A stretch of DNA of 64,000 nt from a virus (taxonomy: Duplodnaviria > Heunggongvirae > Uroviricota > Caudoviricetes). Below are positions 39,917 through 50,201 of the stretch, one piece after another. The DNA lies in the IMG/VR virus record IMGVR_UViG_2910649936_000002, positions 66,713 through 130,712 of that record; one strand, given 5' to 3'. Under the pieces are notes generated by a model. It was not told where the DNA came from. It made no database searches and was given only the letters and a program-made list of their open reading frames with translations. The stretch's first letter is position 1, and every line of letters begins with the position of its first letter. The translations under genes and the position numbers were made by a program.

Positions 39917-41155
39917 ATGGCTATATTTGAATTGTCGTCCAAAAAATACAAAAGTGGTCGAAGAATGTTTACTGCTACCTTATACGAGTTACAGCCTCCG
40001 GATTGTGTAGTTGATGGTGTTGGAACTAAATATAACAAAAATGGTATTACATTTTTAGAAGAGTACGCAAAAAACGCTTTGGATAGCATCGAGAATATGA
40101 GTGTCCGAGTTGAATTTATTGATGAAGAAAGAACAATAATTGCTGGACATGGCGAAACTGGTATTATTAACGATACTCCAGTTTTTGAAAATGCAACTGT
40201 AATTGGACATTTCACCAAAGGATATATAGACGATGTGGTTGTTAATGGAGAAACAAAAAGATGCGTTTGTGGTAAAGGATATTTAGACGAAATGTGTTAC
40301 CCTAGTTTTGTTTCTACGCTCGAAGAAAATCTAAACAATGGTATTTCGGTTGAGGGAAGTATCGAAATCTATAAAACAAAAGATAATGATGCAATTGTTT
40401 ATAAGAATGGATGGATTGAAAAAGGACGAATTCCAACAGAATATATACATTCTGGTTGGGATATGGTTATGTTTCCAGCAGACCCAGCTTCTACACTATT
40501 AGAACTTAATAATCAAAATAAGGAGGAAAAGAAGACGATGGAATTCAATATGGATGAAATCAAAAATGCAGTTAGAACTACGATTTCAGAGATGAATGAA
40601 AAATCTGACACGCATGCAAAGGAAGTTGCTGACCTTAATACTCGTATTCAAGAATTGAACTCTACAATCGACGAAAAAGATAGTGTTATTTCAGAAAAAG
40701 AAGAAAAAATTTCTGAGTTGAATGCTTCTATTGAGGACATGCAAAAACTTCTGAAAAAGATGGAAGATGAAAGAGAAACCTATTGGAAAGAGAGAGACAT
40801 ACTTGAAGCTGAAATTGCAAAAGCAAAGGTAGCTGAAAAGCTTGCAGAACTTGATTCTGTTCTTGGTGAATTTAATGAGGAAGAAAAAAAGGTAGCTGAG
40901 GAAGATATTAACAAGCTTAAAGAAAATATAAATTCTTGCCAGAAAAAGGAAGAATTAAATGAAGTAACTTCTGAAATCAATTCTATTAAGTCTAAAATTT
41001 GTATGGCTATTGTTGATAAGCAGAAAAAAGCCAATTCTGATGCAAAAATTTCTGAACAGAATTCTACAAAAAAAGAGTTTGATATCGAAGATATCTTCTC
41101 CGAAATTTGTTCTGAAACAGTAGTTGAGGAAAAAGAAGATATCAATATTTTTTAA
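39917..41155 (+). CDS. Prohead protease/scaffold (YonD-like)
   Basis: N-terminal protease-like domain (SVEGSIE) plus an acidic coiled-coil C-terminus; synteny. Confidence 0.75.
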   Translation: MAIFELSSKKYKSGRRMFTATLYELQPPDCVVDGVGTKYNKNGITFLEEYAKNALDSIENMSVRVEFIDEERTIIAGHGETGIINDTPVFENATVIGHFTKGYIDDVVVNGETKRCVCGKGYLDEMCYPSFVSTLEENLNNGISVEGSIEIYKTKDNDAIVYKNGWIEKGRIPTEYIHSGWDMVMFPADPASTLLELNNQNKEEKKTMEFNMDEIKNAVRTTISEMNEKSDTHAKEVADLNTRIQELNSTIDEKDSVISEKEEKISELNASIEDMQKLLKKMEDERETYWKERDILEAEIAKAKVAEKLAELDSVLGEFNEEEKKVAEEDINKLKENINSCQKKEELNEVTSEINSIKSKICMAIVDKQKKANSDAKISEQNSTKKEFDIEDIFSEICSETVVEEKEDINIF

Positions 41156-41234
41156 ATTAAGCACAATTGTATAACAAATTATGTATGAAGTCGGATAAAA
41201 TCCGGCTTTTATTTATTTTTAGGAGGTAAACAAT

Positions 41235-41663
41235 ATGGCACTAAAATTTCATAGTATCGGGCAAATTGAACACGAGCGCGTACCGTTTATTGACGCCGTA
41301 ACGGATGCAGATACATTTAATGGCGCATTTGGTGATGTAGAAGATGGCGTTTTTAAAGTCGGAGTGGCCAAAACAAAAGTAATTATGCAGGTTGAATGTG
41401 GTGATGAAGAAGGGCTTCCGAAATATCCAATTGCAAAAGGAACACATGTAAGAGTTCTCGATTTAGATAAAAGCAAAAGAAATCTTATTGAGATTTATGA
41501 TTATCCACTTCCAGACACAGTCGATGTTGGTGACAAACTTGAGTCTCAGGCAGATGGTTCTCTAAAAGTTAGTGCTTCTCCAACGGCCGCTGTTTACTTG
41601 ACTGTGACGAAAATTATTGGAAACCATGATGGTGTCGTAGCAGAAATTACGGCTAAAGCTTAA
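41235..41663 (+). CDS. Head decoration/minor capsid protein
   Basis: Between scaffold and major capsid genes. Confidence 0.6.
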   Translation: MALKFHSIGQIEHERVPFIDAVTDADTFNGAFGDVEDGVFKVGVAKTKVIMQVECGDEEGLPKYPIAKGTHVRVLDLDKSKRNLIEIYDYPLPDTVDVGDKLESQADGSLKVSASPTAAVYLTVTKIIGNHDGVVAEITAKA

Positions 41664-41704
41664 TCAATCACATGTTTTATACATACAGGAAGGAGAATAT
41701 AATT

Positions 41705-42805
41705 ATGTCTTATACATTTGAACTTAATAATGAACGTAAAGACGCTAATTTTGTTAGCGGCAAAGTTAATGCAAAATCTGCTGTTGTTGAAATCTTTTCC
41801 GCAATGGCTGCTGGTAAAGATCTTTCACCGTTTGGGAAAAAGGCAGACGTTGCTGCTAAATATATTAAGGAGTTGAATCAAAGAGCTTCAGCAGGAGATC
41901 TTATGTCCATTTCAGAGTTGAATGAAATCAGGCGCTTTGCAATGGAGCCGAAGTTAATTCAGGAAATCAAACTTTTATCCATCTTTGGTAACTATAAGAA
42001 TGTTGGATATAACGATACATGCGAAGTAGAAGTTCCTGATTTTGTAAATCTTGATGCGAAGGAACAAGCTCCGGGTCAGGATGTTACATTTCCAGTAATC
42101 AGAAAGAAACGTGTATCTGTTCCAATGACAACTATATCTGGCGGTTATGCAGTTGATTATAGAAAGGCTGCCGTTGGTGATATGACAGACGAAAATGAAC
42201 TTCAGGAACAGGTTCGCGTACAGATTAGAAACAAGGCTGCTAAATATGTTGTAGAAACTATTTATAATGCAATTAAAAATATAGATGGAGTTAAATATTT
42301 TACCGAAGATGCTGGACTTACTAAGACAAATACAGATAAAGTAATTGCGAATGTAAGACGTCTTGGTAAACCTACAATCGCAGGAGACTACGCACTAATT
42401 TCTCAATTTAATGGATTTGCTGGGTATGAAGGTACTACACCTACAATTAATGGTATTTCCCGTACTATTATGGATGAAATTCATAATACAGGTTTGATGG
42501 GAATGTATAATGGTGCCATCCTGTCTGAAATTCCGAACCCTTATGACTTTACAACGCTGAATACAGATGGTGATAATTTCGATACAATGCTTCCGGCTGG
42601 ACTTGGATTTGTAATCCCAACAGGTATCCAATCTCCAATTTATACTTTAACTCGTGGTGGACTGACATCATTTAGTGGAAATGATGTAGCAACAGGAAAT
42701 ATTATTTCCAGATTTGATATGTCAGTTGGTTCTATCGTAGCTCCTGGGCGCGAATATGCCGTTGGTTTGTTACATGATAAAAATCTGGATAATCTGACTG
42801 AGTAA
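41705..42805 (+). CDS. Major capsid protein (YonB-like)
   Basis: Size, position and HK97-fold-like composition. Confidence 0.8.
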   Translation: MSYTFELNNERKDANFVSGKVNAKSAVVEIFSAMAAGKDLSPFGKKADVAAKYIKELNQRASAGDLMSISELNEIRRFAMEPKLIQEIKLLSIFGNYKNVGYNDTCEVEVPDFVNLDAKEQAPGQDVTFPVIRKKRVSVPMTTISGGYAVDYRKAAVGDMTDENELQEQVRVQIRNKAAKYVVETIYNAIKNIDGVKYFTEDAGLTKTNTDKVIANVRRLGKPTIAGDYALISQFNGFAGYEGTTPTINGISRTIMDEIHNTGLMGMYNGAILSEIPNPYDFTTLNTDGDNFDTMLPAGLGFVIPTGIQSPIYTLTRGGLTSFSGNDVATGNIISRFDMSVGSIVAPGREYAVGLLHDKNLDNLTE

Positions 42806-42878
42806 TTTTAAATAGCATTTTATTGGCAGGTACGTAAATTGCGTGCCTGCTATTTTGATTAATATAAGGACAAGTCCA

Positions 42879-43064
42879 ATGGAAAAGAATAATATCTTTT
42901 ACTGCTATTCAAAACGTATGTCGTATTTCATACGTTCTTTTGGAATTCAATATATTTCTATTGGATTCAACAAAAATACAAATACAAAATATTATATATT
43001 TGAAAAATCAAAACAACTGGATAAAATCATTCAATTCTATAATGAAGTGAAATATAAATTTTAG
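42879..43064 (+). CDS. Small DUF5659-like protein
   Basis: FYCYS…GI.YI..G.N..T…YYIF.KS..L. Confidence 0.55.
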   Translation: MEKNNIFYCYSKRMSYFIRSFGIQYISIGFNKNTNTKYYIFEKSKQLDKIIQFYNEVKYKF

Positions 43065-43101
43065 TCGAAAGAAAAATGATAATTGCAATGGAGGAAATAA
43101 T

Positions 43102-43587
43102 ATGGAAAACGAAACATCAAAAGATATTCAGAATGTTCGACTTGACGAAAAAGTTATTGTCAGAAGCATAGCCGCATGGAATACTGGTTCCGCACGAAAA
43201 ACTTCTATAGGTGATATTAGTATTGCTCCACGCGGTACTACTCTTCTGTCACGAGAAGAAATTATTGCACAGGCACAAAACGGGAACAAACTTATTACCG
43301 GAACAGATGGAAATGGTTCTCATGCTACTTGGTATATCGAAGATGATTTTACAAGAAAAGAATTAACATTTGATTTTGGTTCTAAGAAACAAGCATTTTT
43401 AACCAAAGAGTCTATCAAAAAAATGTTTGAATTAAAAACACAGAAGTCTTTTGAAGATAATATTCAAAAAAATGTTGTTACTAGAGCTGAAAAAACATAT
43501 CTATTAGATATGATTAAAGAAATGAGATTTAATGACTATCAGAAAATTGCTTTTTGTGAAAAGCATGCGGGTATAAGAACTTTTTAA
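43102..43587 (+). CDS. Phage structural/head completion protein
   Basis: Synteny after the capsid gene. Confidence 0.55.
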   Translation: MENETSKDIQNVRLDEKVIVRSIAAWNTGSARKTSIGDISIAPRGTTLLSREEIIAQAQNGNKLITGTDGNGSHATWYIEDDFTRKELTFDFGSKKQAFLTKESIKKMFELKTQKSFEDNIQKNVVTRAEKTYLLDMIKEMRFNDYQKIAFCEKHAGIRTF

Positions 43588-43601
43588 GGCGGTGAAAACT
43601 C

Positions 43602-43994
43602 ATGGCAAATACTACAGCAAATGATGTCATCCAGAGTTTTGAATCTTCCTTTGCTGATAAGCGAGTATTGCCGGAAACTTTGGAATTAGAATGGCTTAAA
43701 AAGGCTATAGGGAGATATTCTGTTGAACTGGATAAACTGAATTTTGATGAAAAACTGAAAGAATTTGATTGTTTATTGGATCGATATGTAATAGATACTC
43801 TTGCTGAATTTATGATGCAGTCATATCAAGAACGTCAAGTCTCATTAGTGAATAAACGTGTAAGTATAGTTGGAAAAGATTTAAGCATAGATGGAAGTAA
43901 CGGTACAAAGACAGCCGAGAAAGCACATTTAGAATATATATGTGAAAAAGCAAGTAATATGGTTCATAATCAAAAGCCTACGGCTTATGTATAG
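43602..43994 (+). CDS. Head-tail adaptor
   Basis: Synteny and size. Confidence 0.55.
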   Translation: MANTTANDVIQSFESSFADKRVLPETLELEWLKKAIGRYSVELDKLNFDEKLKEFDCLLDRYVIDTLAEFMMQSYQERQVSLVNKRVSIVGKDLSIDGSNGTKTAEKAHLEYICEKASNMVHNQKPTAYV

Positions 43995-44003
43995 GAGGCT
44001 TAT

Positions 44004-45041
44004 ATGGAAGAATGGTATTTGATGACCTCGCAAACACGTCCTAACATAACTGGAGGTTATGAAAATGATGCTTTTGCTGACTACAAGGGTGATGCTTTTG
44101 CTGAATCACTAGAAACAGAACTTGCAACAACCGTTATTTTATATAATCACGATTTATCTGTAAGTAAAGAAGCACGATGTATTATTCAAGGCAATGGGGC
44201 AGACACGCAACTTAAATCTTTAGAGCGCACTGTTTTATTTCCCATTGGAACAGTGAAAGCTGGAATGTATATCTTTTTTGAAAATCGTTACTGGCTTATT
44301 ACTGGTTATCCTGGAAATAATACTATTTATGAAAAGGCAACTATAATTGTTTGTCAATATCTTCTACGATGGCAAAATAAATCTGGCGACATTATTGAAA
44401 GATGGACAAATTATACTTCAGCTTCCAAATATGATGTTGGTGAAAATGGGAACAATACAATATTTTTGACATCTAATAACTATACTATCCTTGTACCATA
44501 TGACGATGAAACTATTAATTTGGAAGGGAAACGTGTCTTTATTGATACCAACAAATCAAATCCCAGAAAAGTATTTAAAATAACACGAAGTGATGATGTG
44601 CTGTATGATTATGGAGAGGAACATGGTAGGCTATTAAGTTTAATTGCAGATAAAACAGAACTTAACTTAGAGACTGATAATTGTGAACTAATGATATGTG
44701 ATTATATATCTCCGTCTACCTCTGATATTCCATCAGAACCACCGAAACCAGATGAAGATTCTGATTTCGTTGCAAGGATTATTGGTAAAGACAATATACG
44801 TTTTGGAATTAAGCAATTATATACGGGTATCTTAGAAAATTCAAAAGGTGAAGAACTTACAGATTATAATTTTAGATGGAATATTGTATCTGATAAGAAA
44901 ATACATTATAGCGAATCCAATAACACAATCACTATAGAAATTGACAATGAGAACTACATTGGTAGTTCTTTTTTGTTACAAATTATTGTGGATGAAGAAA
45001 TTGTTGCAAGTAAAGAAATCAAAATAATAGGCATTTTTTAA
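44004..45041 (+). CDS. Head closure protein with C-terminal Ig-like extension
   Basis: Synteny; Pro-rich linker PSEPPKPD followed by a beta-rich domain. Confidence 0.55.
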   Translation: MEEWYLMTSQTRPNITGGYENDAFADYKGDAFAESLETELATTVILYNHDLSVSKEARCIIQGNGADTQLKSLERTVLFPIGTVKAGMYIFFENRYWLITGYPGNNTIYEKATIIVCQYLLRWQNKSGDIIERWTNYTSASKYDVGENGNNTIFLTSNNYTILVPYDDETINLEGKRVFIDTNKSNPRKVFKITRSDDVLYDYGEEHGRLLSLIADKTELNLETDNCELMICDYISPSTSDIPSEPPKPDEDSDFVARIIGKDNIRFGIKQLYTGILENSKGEELTDYNFRWNIVSDKKIHYSESNNTITIEIDNENYIGSSFLLQIIVDEEIVASKEIKIIGIF

Positions 45042-45053
45042 AGGGGGTGTTTT

Positions 45054-45551
45054 ATGACAAAAAATGTTTTAAAAGACCTCGGACTTTATAAAAATAAGCT
45101 TATAAGTATGTTAATAAACTCTTCCGAAATATACGATGCGCTTTGTGAAAATAATTCTACTTATACTGATTCTTCTGAACTTATATTTAGTCAAATTTAT
45201 CCTTATTTATACGTAGATGAAACCCAAACAGAAGTATTAACATATATTTGTGTTGAAACCTCTGTTCCACGAATACCTACCGGAACAATAAAAGATGTAA
45301 AGTTAATTATTTGGGTATATTCACACAAAGAAGATATGAAATATCATGTTGCAGATTATGTTGGGACTAAAGTTGATATTGTATCAGACATAGTGGAGCG
45401 CATTATTTCTAGTGAAGAAAACTGTTATCGATTTGGTATCGGAAAACCAGAACTTATTAATGTAGATTACTTCTTCCCACAGAATAAATACTACGGAAGA
45501 CAAATGATCTACAATATACCAGATTTTAAGGTTAAGGAGACAAAATCGTGA
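45054..45551 (+). CDS. Tail terminator-like protein
   Basis: Synteny; IYPY…YICVE. Confidence 0.5.
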   Translation: MTKNVLKDLGLYKNKLISMLINSSEIYDALCENNSTYTDSSELIFSQIYPYLYVDETQTEVLTYICVETSVPRIPTGTIKDVKLIIWVYSHKEDMKYHVADYVGTKVDIVSDIVERIISSEENCYRFGIGKPELINVDYFFPQNKYYGRQMIYNIPDFKVKETKS

Positions 45552-46327
45552 GACTAGATTACTTTGATTGCATCTCTCCTCTCCCACTTTATCTCCATAA
45601 CGTCGGTTCTATAATATCTCCAAAGCTCATTGATATTGCAAAAATCTCATACTATGTTTATGCACAATATGTTAGTCATTTAAGGATGACGCCTGAAGAC
45701 TATTGTGATGTCTATTTAAAAAGTGAGCAGGTTAATTTTGAACAATTATTTCAAACCACAAAATTTGATTTAGTATTAACTGATGATAGATTCCGACAAA
45801 TCATCACATCTGCTTTAAATTTCTTTTTTGTTGAGACATTTCAATTTTATCCAGAATATAAAGCTTTCATTTCCACATCCAACAATAATGGTGAACTGGT
45901 AGCAACTGGTATTATTAACCGAGATAATTATGCAGGTATTATCGATATTATTTTGCAACGCGTACACATCACACCGGATGAAAATGAAATAGATGATATT
46001 AAAAAGGCTAAGAACAAACGTGGAATTAAGATTTACAAAAGGATGATGGAAGTTAGAAAAAAGTTTCAGAAAAATAAAGGTTCTAATCCAAATTTAACTC
46101 TTCCTAATATTATCGCTTCCGTCGCAGCGAAAAGTGAGTCACAAAATTGGAGTAATATTTGGGATATTACAATCTTTCAGTTATTTGATGTTTTTGAAAG
46201 ACTTCAGGTAATTGATTCATACGGTATTATAAGTGCGCAAGTTGCCGCATGGGGAGATAAAGAGAATAAATTCAAATTTGGGTTATGGACAAATAACATA
46301 TATGACGATGGCAAAAACACGGAGTAA
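45548..46327 (+). CDS. Phage tail-region protein
   Basis: Long ORF in the tail operon. Confidence 0.55.
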   Translation: MRLDYFDCISPLPLYLHNVGSIISPKLIDIAKISYYVYAQYVSHLRMTPEDYCDVYLKSEQVNFEQLFQTTKFDLVLTDDRFRQIITSALNFFFVETFQFYPEYKAFISTSNNNGELVATGIINRDNYAGIIDIILQRVHITPDENEIDDIKKAKNKRGIKIYKRMMEVRKKFQKNKGSNPNLTLPNIIASVAAKSESQNWSNIWDITIFQLFDVFERLQVIDSYGIISAQVAAWGDKENKFKFGLWTNNIYDDGKNTE

Positions 46328-46370
46328 TCCGTGTTTTTTATTTTAACTATTTTTAAGGAGGAAAATAAAT

Positions 46371-47135
46371 ATGGCTGATAATGCAGTATTTTCAAAACAA
46401 ATGGCTAACCGTGAAGTATGCGATATGGTCTTTGTTGACTACAAAACAAAAAAACCGTATTTGTTTGTAGATTATGCAAATACATCAAGTAAAGAACTTA
46501 CGGGTGAAACTGTATTCGCTTACGGTGGTAAAGGCCATCCTAAAAAAGTGTCTTTTTCTGGGGAAAAGGGTGGTACACTAACTATCGAAACACAGATTCA
46601 GACACCGAAACTCTGGGAAATGCTTAGTGGTGGTACAAAATCAAATAAAGCCAACATTATGAAACATGTGAAAACAACAATCGATGACACCACTATTACT
46701 CTTCAATCTGGTATTGAACTTACAAAAGGACAAGTATGGGTATATGATGCGGCAGATGCAAACATGAATAAAGAAATTACGGTAGCTTCTGTGTCCAATA
46801 ATACTATTACTGTATCTGAAGCAAGTGGAGTTACGGATGTAGATGTATTTTATATTATTGCTGTATCTGATGTTTATAATATTAACATTAAATCCACAAG
46901 TTTTCCAAAGGCGTTCACTGTCTATGGTGATACATATATGAAGACAACAGATGATGATATTCTTCCGTATTTGTTTAAAGCATATAAAGCAGTTCCACAA
47001 TCTAATATGTCATTATCTTTTGCTAATAGTGGCGATCCTGGCACTGTGACTATCACATGTGACTTGATGGTTGATGATGATGGTAATATGTTGGATCTTA
47101 TGCTGCTCCCAGAGGAGGCTGAGTCGGGGGAATAA
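46371..47135 (+). CDS. Major tail tube protein
   Basis: Beta-rich; GG.G.PK…GE..GTLTI…GDP.T.TITCDL; strong SD aaggagga. Confidence 0.75.
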   Translation: MADNAVFSKQMANREVCDMVFVDYKTKKPYLFVDYANTSSKELTGETVFAYGGKGHPKKVSFSGEKGGTLTIETQIQTPKLWEMLSGGTKSNKANIMKHVKTTIDDTTITLQSGIELTKGQVWVYDAADANMNKEITVASVSNNTITVSEASGVTDVDVFYIIAVSDVYNINIKSTSFPKAFTVYGDTYMKTTDDDILPYLFKAYKAVPQSNMSLSFANSGDPGTVTITCDLMVDDDGNMLDLMLLPEEAESGE

Positions 47136-47220
47136 TTTCCCCTGATGATTTAGCCTTGGTTGGCAGGGGTAAAGTTGGAAAGGCAAAAGTTGGTAAATCT
47201 GAATAATGGAGGTTACTTTA

Positions 47221-47526
47221 ATGGCATATTCAAAAAAAACATGGGTTGATGATGAAGTCATTTCAAAAGATGCATTGAATAACATGGAATCGGGAATTGA
47301 ATCTGCAAGTAAAGGCATCCCTTCTACTGCTACTAAAACAAAGGCAGGTTTAGTAAAACAGTCCAGTGTTGTTAATGTTGTCTCAGCAGAGAATGCCGGA
47401 ACAGTCGGTGCCGAATTTAATCAGGCAGAAGTACAAAAGGTAGCTACGCTTGCAGATGCAAATAAAACAGCGATTAATGCTGTTATTGAAGCTTTAAAGA
47501 CTTCTGGAATTATGGCTTCATCTTAA
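47221..47526 (+). CDS. Head-fiber-like protein
   Basis: AYSKKTW.D…LNNMESGI; KAGLVKQ motif. Confidence 0.55.
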   Translation: MAYSKKTWVDDEVISKDALNNMESGIESASKGIPSTATKTKAGLVKQSSVVNVVSAENAGTVGAEFNQAEVQKVATLADANKTAINAVIEALKTSGIMASS

Positions 47527-47621
47527 AATTATAATATTGTGAATTGTATATGTGGGGATATAGAATATTCACAGTATTTTATATCCCTATTTTTTACGGT
47601 TTGCTTAGTGAGGTGTTTAAT

Positions 47622-47861
47622 ATAAAGTTTAAGACTTTGCAAGATGTTGAAGAAGTATACGGAAAGGAAAATCTTGTATGCATTGTTAATACAAAACAAA
47701 TCATTTTTTATACAAAAAATGGGCTGCAACCAGTTTTTGTATATAAAGGATATAATGAAAAACTCTGTTGCTGGTTTCATAAACCTTCAACAAAAATGGT
47801 TTGGAAATATTGGCTAGAATCAAATCCTAATAAGAAGGGAGAAAAAAATGAAGAATATTAA
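47622..47861 (+). CDS. Small DUF5659-like protein, probable ATA start
   Basis: SD gaggtg, 6 nt, then ATA. Confidence 0.5.
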   Translation: MKFKTLQDVEEVYGKENLVCIVNTKQIIFYTKNGLQPVFVYKGYNEKLCCWFHKPSTKMVWKYWLESNPNKKGEKNEEY

Positions 47862-48180
47862 TTTAAAAGGACTTACAAAGGAAAATGTTATTGGCGTTGT
47901 CGTTTTATTAGTAGCATTAATTAATGCTATCTTACAGATTTTTGGAATACAAACATTACCAGTTACAAATGATGAAGTTTCTAATATTATATCTACTATC
48001 TTCTTGATTGCAACTACTGCGTATGGTGTATATAACAATTTCAATGTGTCAAAGCCTAGTCAGATTGCACAACAGATTACAGATGGAATTAAAGACGGTG
48101 AACTCCTCGTAGAACAAGTTGAGGATATGATTGAAAAACTGAAGAATACATATAAGGATACAGAACATACGGAAGGATAA
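47848..48180 (+). CDS. Holin
   Basis: Two TM segments, ILQIFG…LPV…YNN.VSK pattern, charged tail. Confidence 0.75.
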   Translation: MKNINLKGLTKENVIGVVVLLVALINAILQIFGIQTLPVTNDEVSNIISTIFLIATTAYGVYNNFNVSKPSQIAQQITDGIKDGELLVEQVEDMIEKLKNTYKDTEHTEG

Positions 48181-48187
48181 TTGAAAA

Positions 48188-48898
48188 ATGAAACCGGATG
48201 ATATTGTTACGATAATAAGTATAGACTGGAATTATATAATTACATCATTATTAATAGCAACTCCGATTATCGCTTCGTGTATCTTATGTTTTGCAAAATT
48301 ATGGTCAAAATTTAAAAAGAAATTTGGTATTACTACAAAACGCGACAAAGAACGTGAGTTACTTGTAAAAACTGCTGAAAGCCTTTCTTCTTTACAACAG
48401 CAACATACAAATGATATGGAAGATTTTCGGCGCACGCATAAGGAAAGTGTCAATCAATCTATACGTCATGACCAATTAGTACGTGATAATATTAAACAAG
48501 TCACAGAAGAAATTCGAGATTGCATTGCCGAAACACAAAAACAAATCAACCAATTTGCTGAAAACCGTGTACATGATCGAGAACAAAGTTTTCGTATACA
48601 AAAAGAATTAGTGGATAGTATCCAAGTCGTTGCTCAAAATGGTGATAAACGTGAAAAGCAAATTGAAGCCTTAATGTTTGGAAGTATGGAGCTTCTTGGT
48701 GATAAAATTGATCAAAGATTTAGTAGATATATATCTTTAGATGGCATCCCAGAAAACGAAGTTGAGGAATTTGAAGGAATTTATGCTGCCTATAAAAAGT
48801 TGGGTGGAAATCATAAACGAGAAGAAAAATACAAATATGTGAAACAACATTTAAAAGTAATCCCTGTAGTATCGAAATTGAAACAAGAAGAACTATAA
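48188..48898 (+). CDS. Membrane-anchored coiled-coil protein of the lysis region
   Basis: N-terminal TM segment; C-terminal YAAYKKLGGN. Confidence 0.6.
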   Translation: MKPDDIVTIISIDWNYIITSLLIATPIIASCILCFAKLWSKFKKKFGITTKRDKERELLVKTAESLSSLQQQHTNDMEDFRRTHKESVNQSIRHDQLVRDNIKQVTEEIRDCIAETQKQINQFAENRVHDREQSFRIQKELVDSIQVVAQNGDKREKQIEALMFGSMELLGDKIDQRFSRYISLDGIPENEVEEFEGIYAAYKKLGGNHKREEKYKYVKQHLKVIPVVSKLKQEEL

Positions 48899-49175
48899 AT
48901 GTCAGTCTTACTATTAACACATAGTGCATTCACCAGTTATACGATAGATATACATCAATTAATGAAAGTTTGATACATAGCTGTAAAATCTGCTTACGTA
49001 ATTGTTGGTTAAAACTGGTGAATGCAGAAATTACTATAAAATCTAAACTTATAATAAGCCAATATATAAATATTTTTAGCACTTGATATTCAGCGATGTG
49101 CTAAGGATATTTAGGGTAGATGAGTATATGCTGAATCACTGCTCTTCTACTCTATTCCAAAGAAAGTTGGTGATA

Positions 49176-49715
49176 TTGATATCTAAAAATGAAGGTAAAT
49201 TATTTGAAGATGACTTTAAAAAATCAATTCCTGATTATTGTTGGTTTAAAAGACTAAATGATAATGCTGCTTCATTTTCAGGAGGAACTAATACAAGATT
49301 TGCTTCTGATAATGAATGCGATTTTCTTCTTTTTGATACAGCTCGGCAAAAGCTACTACCTATCGAATTAAAATCAACACAATCTTCGTTTTCATTCTGG
49401 AGAGAGGATTTTGAAAATAATAGTAAAAAACATACCTTTCAAATTAAAAAGAATCAGATAGTTGGATTACAAAAATGGAGCAAATACAGCAATGTTATAT
49501 GTGGATTCATTTTAAATTTTCGCAATAAAAATAACGCTACATATTTTGTAAACATTAAAGACTTTCTCCAGTACACTTCTACCCTGTTAAAAAAATCAAT
49601 TAATTATAATGATGTTCTTCAAATGAATCCCGTTAATATAGAAAATGATAAAAAACGTACTCGTTATCGTTATAATATTGATAATTTTCTTTTAGAAGTA
49701 TGTTGTGTTTTCTGA
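49176..49715 (+). CDS. RecU-like Holliday junction resolvase
   Basis: NEGKLFE, CDFLLF and IELKST PD-(D/E)xK motifs. Confidence 0.7.
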   Translation: MISKNEGKLFEDDFKKSIPDYCWFKRLNDNAASFSGGTNTRFASDNECDFLLFDTARQKLLPIELKSTQSSFSFWREDFENNSKKHTFQIKKNQIVGLQKWSKYSNVICGFILNFRNKNNATYFVNIKDFLQYTSTLLKKSINYNDVLQMNPVNIENDKKRTRYRYNIDNFLLEVCCVF

Positions 49716-49861
49716 TAAAATATGTCGAATTCTAGATCCGTGTAATCATCACATTCCATCATTATTTTTTTATATATATTTTTACAAAATATCCCTTTAC
49801 TATTTATATATAAAGTGGTATTCTTGAGCCAAAATTATAAATATGTATAGGAGGTATTCCA

Positions 49862-50116
49862 ATGGCTGGTAGACGTAAAAAAGTATCTGAAAAAGACTAT
49901 GATGCATTGATTAAGTCATCAGAGGGAAAAATTGCAAAGCTTGTAGAAGACACTAAAGCAGAACGATTAGTTCTTAGGCAACTGAAAAAAGATAAAGCTA
50001 AATATGAAGCACAAAAAGCCGCTAAAGCTGCTGAAAAGGAAAAAGAAGAACTTGTAGAAATGATTGTAAAGTCTGGCAAGACTATTGATGAAATCAAAGA
50101 GTTGTTATTGAAATAA
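49862..50116 (+). CDS. Small coiled-coil protein
   Basis: SD ggagg; own terminator at 50138-50168. Confidence 0.7.
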   Translation: MAGRRKKVSEKDYDALIKSSEGKIAKLVEDTKAERLVLRQLKKDKAKYEAQKAAKAAEKEKEELVEMIVKSGKTIDEIKELLLK

Positions 50117-50201
50117 AAACTTAATTTCATATGATAAAAGGGAAGTCTATATTAGGCTTCCTTTTTTATTAATTTTTTGAGAATTGTGAGGAAATGTATA
50201 T

